Shown here piece after piece: positions 59,461 through 64,000 of a stretch of 64,000 nucleotides of DNA. This DNA comes from Thermoproteota archaeon. GTDB lineage: Archaea > Thermoproteota > Thermoprotei > Gearchaeales > Gearchaeaceae. The position numbers and the translations under genes are program-made. Location: assembly GCA_032249235.1 (NCBI GenBank), contig JAVVGF010000002.1, positions 96,001 to 160,000 on the forward strand, in the 5' to 3' direction. Within the stretch, counting starts at the first letter, position 1. Each line of letters starts with the position of its first letter. The notes beneath the pieces are model-generated. The model did no database searches, was not told the origin of the DNA, and saw only the letters and a list, made by a program, of their open reading frames with translations.

Positions 59461-59522
59461 ACTATAAAATTCCCTCTTGATATAGGTTTTAAGCCATGTA
59501 TATATATTTTATTTTTACTTTT

Positions 59523-60290
59523 TTATTCTTCTAAAGAAACCTCATCTTCTTTACCTAATATTCTTTGCATCTCTGCATAAAGTTCAATAAATCCAGACAT
59601 GGTAATAGAAGAAACAGGTATTAAAGAAGGAATGCTTAAATTACTTATAAGAGGAATAAGATTTAGCGCTATTTCTCTATTGAAGACGTTTGTTTCATTC
59701 TCTAAATCTTCCTGTAAGTTTGAAAGGTCTTCCGACCAACCAATTATTTTTTCCATCGAAGAGGTAGAAAGCAAATCAGATTTGGAAAGAATTAATAAAT
59801 AAGGCAATAGAAAACGGGCTTGAATAGATGCAGATAATAAGAGTAATGAAGTAAAAGTATAGCTATGCTGAGCTAAAAATGCATCTATTAAAAAAAGGAT
59901 TAAAGAATTCTTAGTTGAAAAGGAAGAAATTACAGCAGGCCCTGTTTCTCTAAAAGCAAAAAGTTCTAATTGACCTGGCGTATCTACAAGTACGTAATCC
60001 GGATTTTCATCAGCTATTATTTTTTTGACTTCAGGCAAATAATTCACTATTAGATCTGTAGCTACGATCAATGCACCATTAGGTCCTAGCTTGTATTTTT
60101 GCATTACTTCTTCAAGAGTTATATGATTTCTAATATCTACGACTGGCTCATAACTCAAAACTTCAGCACCTGGATCTAAATTAACAGTAATGCAATACTT
60201 TCCAAACTTCTCTAAGTAATCTGATAATGCAGAAACTAAAGTTGATTTGCCTGAACCAGCTGTACCTAAAACATAAACGAAGTTTGTCAT
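59523..60290 (-). CDS. GPN-loop GTPase
   Basis: GTAGSGKS, NLDPG, LGPNGA, DTPGQ and SKSD. Confidence 0.94.
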   Translation of the reverse strand: MTNFVYVLGTAGSGKSTLVSALSDYLEKFGKYCITVNLDPGAEVLSYEPVVDIRNHITLEEVMQKYKLGPNGALIVATDLIVNYLPEVKKIIADENPDYVLVDTPGQLELFAFRETGPAVISSFSTKNSLILFLIDAFLAQHSYTFTSLLLLSASIQARFLLPYLLILSKSDLLSTSSMEKIIGWSEDLSNLQEDLENETNVFNREIALNLIPLISNLSIPSLIPVSSITMSGFIELYAEMQRILGKEDEVSLEE

Positions 60291-61087
60291 TTTAATGAAT
60301 CAACTATTGCTATTTTTTTAGCCTTCTTTTTTAAATTTTCTATCAAATCTTCTTTAAGTTCATCTAATAATTTCAATTCTTTTTCTTCACCAGTGAATAT
60401 TGATAAATGCAATACTATATAACCCAAACCAGACTCGTATCCGCGAGGATGCGATTTAATATAAACAGGTTCGTATTTTTCTTTATAGCTCTTAATTATA
60501 GGTGCTAGATCTGATTCAGGTATACCATGTACTTCGATATAAATTTCTTTGTAAAATTCTCTTCCTTCAAGATTTTTAAGATAATTCAAAACTTCATTTT
60601 CGAATATGTATTTCATTTCAACTGGAACGCCGGGCAAAAGAAAGAAATCTATATTATTATGTTTAAAATAAACTCCTGGAGCCATTCCTATCTCGTTTTT
60701 CAAAGCTTTTGCGCCTCTAGGAAGCAAAGCCATTTTCCTTCTTTCTTTCGTTAAAGGTAAATTCCTTCTTGAACACATTTCTGAAATATACTTTAAAGCC
60801 AATTCATCTTCTACAAGCTCTAATCCTAATGCCTCCGCTACCGAACTTGTAGTTATATCATCAAAAGTAGGTCCTAGACCGCCAGTAAATATAGCAATAT
60901 TAGGCTTTCTAGCCACTATACTATGCACCACATCGATTATTTCTTCTTTTACATCATCTACTACAAAAATTCTTCTAACCCTTATGCCTAAATTTCTTAA
61001 TTGAATCGCAATCCAATTTGAATTCGTATCCAAAACCCTTCCCTGTAAAATTTCCCTTCCTACTACAACTATTTCAGAAAAAATCAT
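60287..61087 (-). CDS. CinA-like / molybdopterin-binding domain protein
   Basis: G.EIL.G..DTN, GGLGPT.DD.T, G.APG and LPGVP.EM. Confidence 0.9.
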   Translation of the reverse strand: MIFSEIVVVGREILQGRVLDTNSNWIAIQLRNLGIRVRRIFVVDDVKEEIIDVVHSIVARKPNIAIFTGGLGPTFDDITTSSVAEALGLELVEDELALKYISEMCSRRNLPLTKERRKMALLPRGAKALKNEIGMAPGVYFKHNNIDFFLLPGVPVEMKYIFENEVLNYLKNLEGREFYKEIYIEVHGIPESDLAPIIKSYKEKYEPVYIKSHPRGYESGLGYIVLHLSIFTGEEKELKLLDELKEDLIENLKKKAKKIAIVDSLK

Positions 61088-61284
61088 TCTTTTTTAGAAA
61101 TTAGCCATTTATAAAGTTCCATTCTTTGTTGCTCTCTACTCTTAGATTGCTTTTCATTTGTTTTTTCGATTAATTTATAATATTCTGATAAAGAGATAGC
61201 GAAACCACAATTTTCACAAACGAATAACTTTCTTCCTCTTTCGAATCGAATATTTTTGCTTTTACATTCGATACACTCCTTCAT
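61084..61284 (-). CDS. Small Zn-ribbon protein
   Basis: CIEC and CENCG. Confidence 0.65.
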   Translation of the reverse strand: MKECIECKSKNIRFERGRKLFVCENCGFAISLSEYYKLIEKTNEKQSKSREQQRMELYKWLISKKE

Positions 61285-61339
61285 CTTGATAGAAACATCC
61301 TAAATTCTATAAATACTTAAAACTAGTTATAAAAAAATT

Positions 61340-61846
61340 CTAGGATAAAGTTGAGTAAACGCAAGAAATCATTGAATTATTCCCTAATACGTATTGACCC
61401 GCTCCTACAGGTAACATTACCCAATTCTTTTCAAAAGTGCTATAATAATAAAAGAGCCAATAATGGTCTTTCGTATTCTTTACTCCTAATATTGATATTA
61501 CGAAGGCCATCGATTTGTCTGCAGGACCTTGAGCACCTGTGTATGTTGGCCTTGCAGGATTGCTATAATCTACCCATTCTACTTGACCGTTAGTAACTTG
61601 TATAAGGTAATCTAAAAATGTAGAACCTGCAGGTGTGGTTCCATTATACCATCTTTTAGTTCCGTTTCCGAAATCTATTAATAAACTTACATGAATATAG
61701 ACGGGTTTACTCTTAATTAGCTCATTATATTTTGAAGAAATATCAGTATATTGATAATAATAATAAAGAGTTGTAGACAATAAGATGATGACTAATATTC
61801 CTAACACGCTTGTAGCATAAATCCAAGTTCTAGATTTCGCGCTCAT
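61340..61846 (-). CDS. Membrane-anchored DUF4430/transcobalamin-C-like domain protein
   Basis: N-terminal TM, IDFGNGT..W, FV.SI.G..N, YW..Y and VGA..Y.L. Confidence 0.75.
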   Translation of the reverse strand: MSAKSRTWIYATSVLGILVIILLSTTLYYYYQYTDISSKYNELIKSKPVYIHVSLLIDFGNGTKRWYNGTTPAGSTFLDYLIQVTNGQVEWVDYSNPARPTYTGAQGPADKSMAFVISILGVKNTKDHYWLFYYYSTFEKNWVMLPVGAGQYVLGNNSMISCVYSTLS

Positions 61847-61847
61847 T

Positions 61848-62381
61848 TTAAAGACCCATTCTTGTAAATAGATATATACATAGTGGAACTATAATCGGTG
61901 CTATAATCAAATTCGCTATTTCGTGCATTAAAGCAAAAGGAACACCGACAACGATGCCTAGAATTATTGAACGATACCATAATGCACCTACCAATGCGTT
62001 TGTATAAATATCGAAAATAAATGTTGCTAAAACAACAAAGAAAGCTAGTAAAGTAATGCTTGCTTTTTCATACAATAAACGGTTAGGCGGAATAATTTTT
62101 CTGAATATTTGTGCTAAAGCAACAAATGCTAACTCACCACTAATCACCATAAATAGAGAGAATATTTCGAAACCGTATGGATTAATAATCCCATATATAA
62201 ATCTTGTAACTAAAACAGCAATAGTGCCATATCTCCATCCAAAGTAGTAAGCTATTAGAAACATGATCGCATCCATAAGCTTTACTTGTGGTAGCCAGAT
62301 TAAGGAATAGTTTGTCACTAAAGCAATAACTATTAGAATTGCCGTAACACTAATTTTTAAAGTATGATTTTTCTGTTCCAT
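61848..62381 (-). CDS. ECF transporter S component (CbrT-like)
   Basis: About six TM segments, AxxxxxA-type N-terminus, LPQVKL.D...FG and GVPF...H...N. Co-oriented with the DUF4430 gene. Confidence 0.72.
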   Translation of the reverse strand: MEQKNHTLKISVTAILIVIALVTNYSLIWLPQVKLMDAIMFLIAYYFGWRYGTIAVLVTRFIYGIINPYGFEIFSLFMVISGELAFVALAQIFRKIIPPNRLLYEKASITLLAFFVVLATFIFDIYTNALVGALWYRSIILGIVVGVPFALMHEIANLIIAPIIVPLCIYLFTRMGL

Positions 62382-62384
62382 TGT

Positions 62385-62405
62385 TATTGGAATATTTATC
62401 CAATA
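62385..62405. promoter_or_regulatory. Candidate operator palindrome
   Basis: TATTGGA-N7-TCCAATA immediately upstream of the S-component start codon. Confidence 0.35.
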
Positions 62406-62485
62406 TTTAAATCTTACGGATCTTATTGCTTAGAATAAGGGTGACCAACTATATCTTTTATAAAACGATATAAATAAAGTGGGCA

Positions 62486-63106
62486 ATGCTGACAATCATT
62501 GAAGAGATAGCCAAACCTAAAAAAAGAGGCGCGAAACCATCTTTTACACCTATAGATGTTTTACTCATGATACGGATCGTTGATAAGTATTATTTAATTT
62601 CAAGAACTAAAATTTCAAAAGAACTCGAAATAGGTGAAGGAGCGATAAGAACAATGATCAGACATTTAAAACAGTCCCATATTATTGAGGTTATTAGATC
62701 TGGGATAAGATTAAATTCAAAAGGCAAAGATATCGCTAAAATTTTAAACGATATAATTTTATTTGAAGGATTTATAGATGAAAAAGTTATCTATAAATTA
62801 GCGCTTGCTAAATTTAACTATTTGATGATTTTAAAAAAATTAGCTCATAAAATAAAAAAAGGAATAGAGGAAAGAGATATCGCCATAAAATATGGAGCAC
62901 AAGCCTTAGTCACGCTTATTTTCAAACAAGATAGTATTTTATTTCCTGATGGTTATCCTTTAGGAGAAGAGTACGCAAAATTCAAAGAATTCCTGCTTAA
63001 AGAATTTAATTTAAACGATAATGACGTCATTTTAATTTCATGTAGCGAAAAAAGTAATAACGCAGTACGGGGCGCTTATTCTGTTTTATATCATCTTCTA
63101 AAATAA
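62486..63106 (+). CDS. Winged-helix protein with DUF4443-like C-terminal domain (putative regulator)
   Basis: SR..ISKELEIGEGAIRT HTH and GIEERD.A...GA motif. Confidence 0.72.
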   Translation: MLTIIEEIAKPKKRGAKPSFTPIDVLLMIRIVDKYYLISRTKISKELEIGEGAIRTMIRHLKQSHIIEVIRSGIRLNSKGKDIAKILNDIILFEGFIDEKVIYKLALAKFNYLMILKKLAHKIKKGIEERDIAIKYGAQALVTLIFKQDSILFPDGYPLGEEYAKFKEFLLKEFNLNDNDVILISCSEKSNNAVRGAYSVLYHLLK

Positions 63107-64000
63107 AAAATAGGCAACTAATAGTATTGTATCGACAACAAATACAAGCAATAGATACAATAAGTAGAAGAATTCCGACACTGTTCCATGCTTAGGAGAA
63201 AAAGTAAACATTATTAGCAAAGAAAGATAATCGAATATAATCAAATACCAAGCAAGACCTCGTATGAATAGCAATATTGCTTGAGGTAAAAATAACCAAA
63301 GAAGCATCCTATAATTCTCATTTATCTTTTTAATGTATGTATTATAATAAGGATAAATAAGTAACAATGCAATACCTGCATAAACTATTAAAGGATTAGC
63401 ATTAAACATTTGATATGCGCCATTTTGCTGTATAGTATAAAAAAATGGATTTTCAAACAAATAAGGATAAAAATTCTTCTCTAGATGCCAATAAAAGTTA
63501 TATAGAAAAATCCAGTTTAATAAATTGATAAAATCATTCCAATTATGGGTTCCATAATCTAAATGATGATATTCCTGTGGTAATATTTTTTCGTTTGTAC
63601 TTAAATAAAAGTATGGTAAATATGTTATTATAAAGACCAAGAAAACGATTGATAATGATAATGGAATCGATAATATCTTATTTCTTTTTATTTCAAAGAT
63701 TGAAAATAAAATTAAAGTTATAATCAAAGGTAGCATTGTAAGCTTCACTGCAATAGCAAGACCGAAGAATACAGAAAGAAGAATAAATCCTAAGTTTTTA
63801 TCTCTTGCATACAAATAAGCCAATATTCCAGAGGCGAAAAAGAATAAGCAAAATGAATCAAGCATAGCAGATCTAGACAGAGATACATTTAAAGGATCGA
63901 TCGATATAAGAAAAGAAAATAAAAGCGCTTTATCTTCTCTTACTATTTTCTTGGCGATTAAATAGGATATGTAGACTAATACAATATTGAACAAAGCTGA
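63098..64000 (-). CDS. GT-C glycosyltransferase, dolichyl-phosphate-mannose:protein mannosyltransferase (PMT/ArnT)-like; 5' end beyond the window
   Basis: DP...SR.AMLD, FGLA.AVK, Y...YLP, Y.H and NP pattern of the PMT family. The frame is open to the window end. Confidence 0.75.
   Translation of the reverse strand, partial: SALFNIVLVYISYLIAKKIVREDKALLFSFLISIDPLNVSLSRSAMLDSFCLFFFASGILAYLYARDKNLGFILLSVFFGLAIAVKLTMLPLIITLILFSIFEIKRNKILSIPLSLSIVFLVFIITYLPYFYLSTNEKILPQEYHHLDYGTHNWNDFINLLNWIFLYNFYWHLEKNFYPYLFENPFFYTIQQNGAYQMFNANPLIVYAGIALLLIYPYYNTYIKKINENYRMLLWLFLPQAILLFIRGLAWYLIIFDYLSLLIMFTFSPKHGTVSEFFYLLYLLLVFVVDTILLVAYFLF

Noticed and set aside
954-62247. Numerous 60-180 aa antisense/shadow ORFs in the track (e.g. 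954-1241, 31736-32158, 37177-37620, 48597-49151)
   Set aside because: They lie opposite well-supported genes and have the Ser/Phe/Leu/Ile-rich composition expected from the antisense of Lys/Glu-rich AT-biased genes.
1-64000. CRISPR arrays, IS elements, integrases, rRNA, SRP or RNase P RNA
   Set aside because: No regularly spaced repeats, no transposase or integrase motifs, and the only GC-rich structured patches are the four tRNAs.

Overview
AT-rich (roughly 30% GC by eye), gene-dense chromosomal segment of an archaeon of the TACK/Thermoproteota type. Markers include RadA, aEF-2 with a diphthamide loop, Rpo12, a gar1-tfb-TFEbeta-tyrS block, EgsA and a tRNA splicing endonuclease with the crenarchaeal-specific loop. 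Most of the window is housekeeping: about 75 CDS and four intron-less tRNAs (Gly-CCC, Glu-TTC, Glu-CTC, Gly-GCC). I saw no rRNA, CRISPR array, transposase or integrase. The less ordinary signals are: (1) a stand-alone Topo VI-A/Spo11-like 'mini-A'-type gene with intact catalytic motifs beside fusA; (2) an unannotated double-guide box C/D sRNA upstream of tRNA-Gly whose guides match 23S rRNA helices 69 and 71; (3) an Lhr helicase whose natural ATG is out of frame across a T-TTT-TTC slippery heptamer; (4) a dispersed, eukaryote-like dolichol-phosphate-mannose toolkit (anchor-less DPM1-like GT2, a DPM2/DPM3-like membrane protein divergent from uppS, AglH and a PMT-like GT-C); (5) an EMC6-like membrane protein overlapping head-to-head with Rqc2; (6) two ATP-dependent DNA ligases; (7) a candidate B12-uptake/regulator module; (8) several apparently catalytically degenerate enzyme homologs and a decayed surface-protein gene. 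All family assignments come from motif recognition by eye; no database searches were run.
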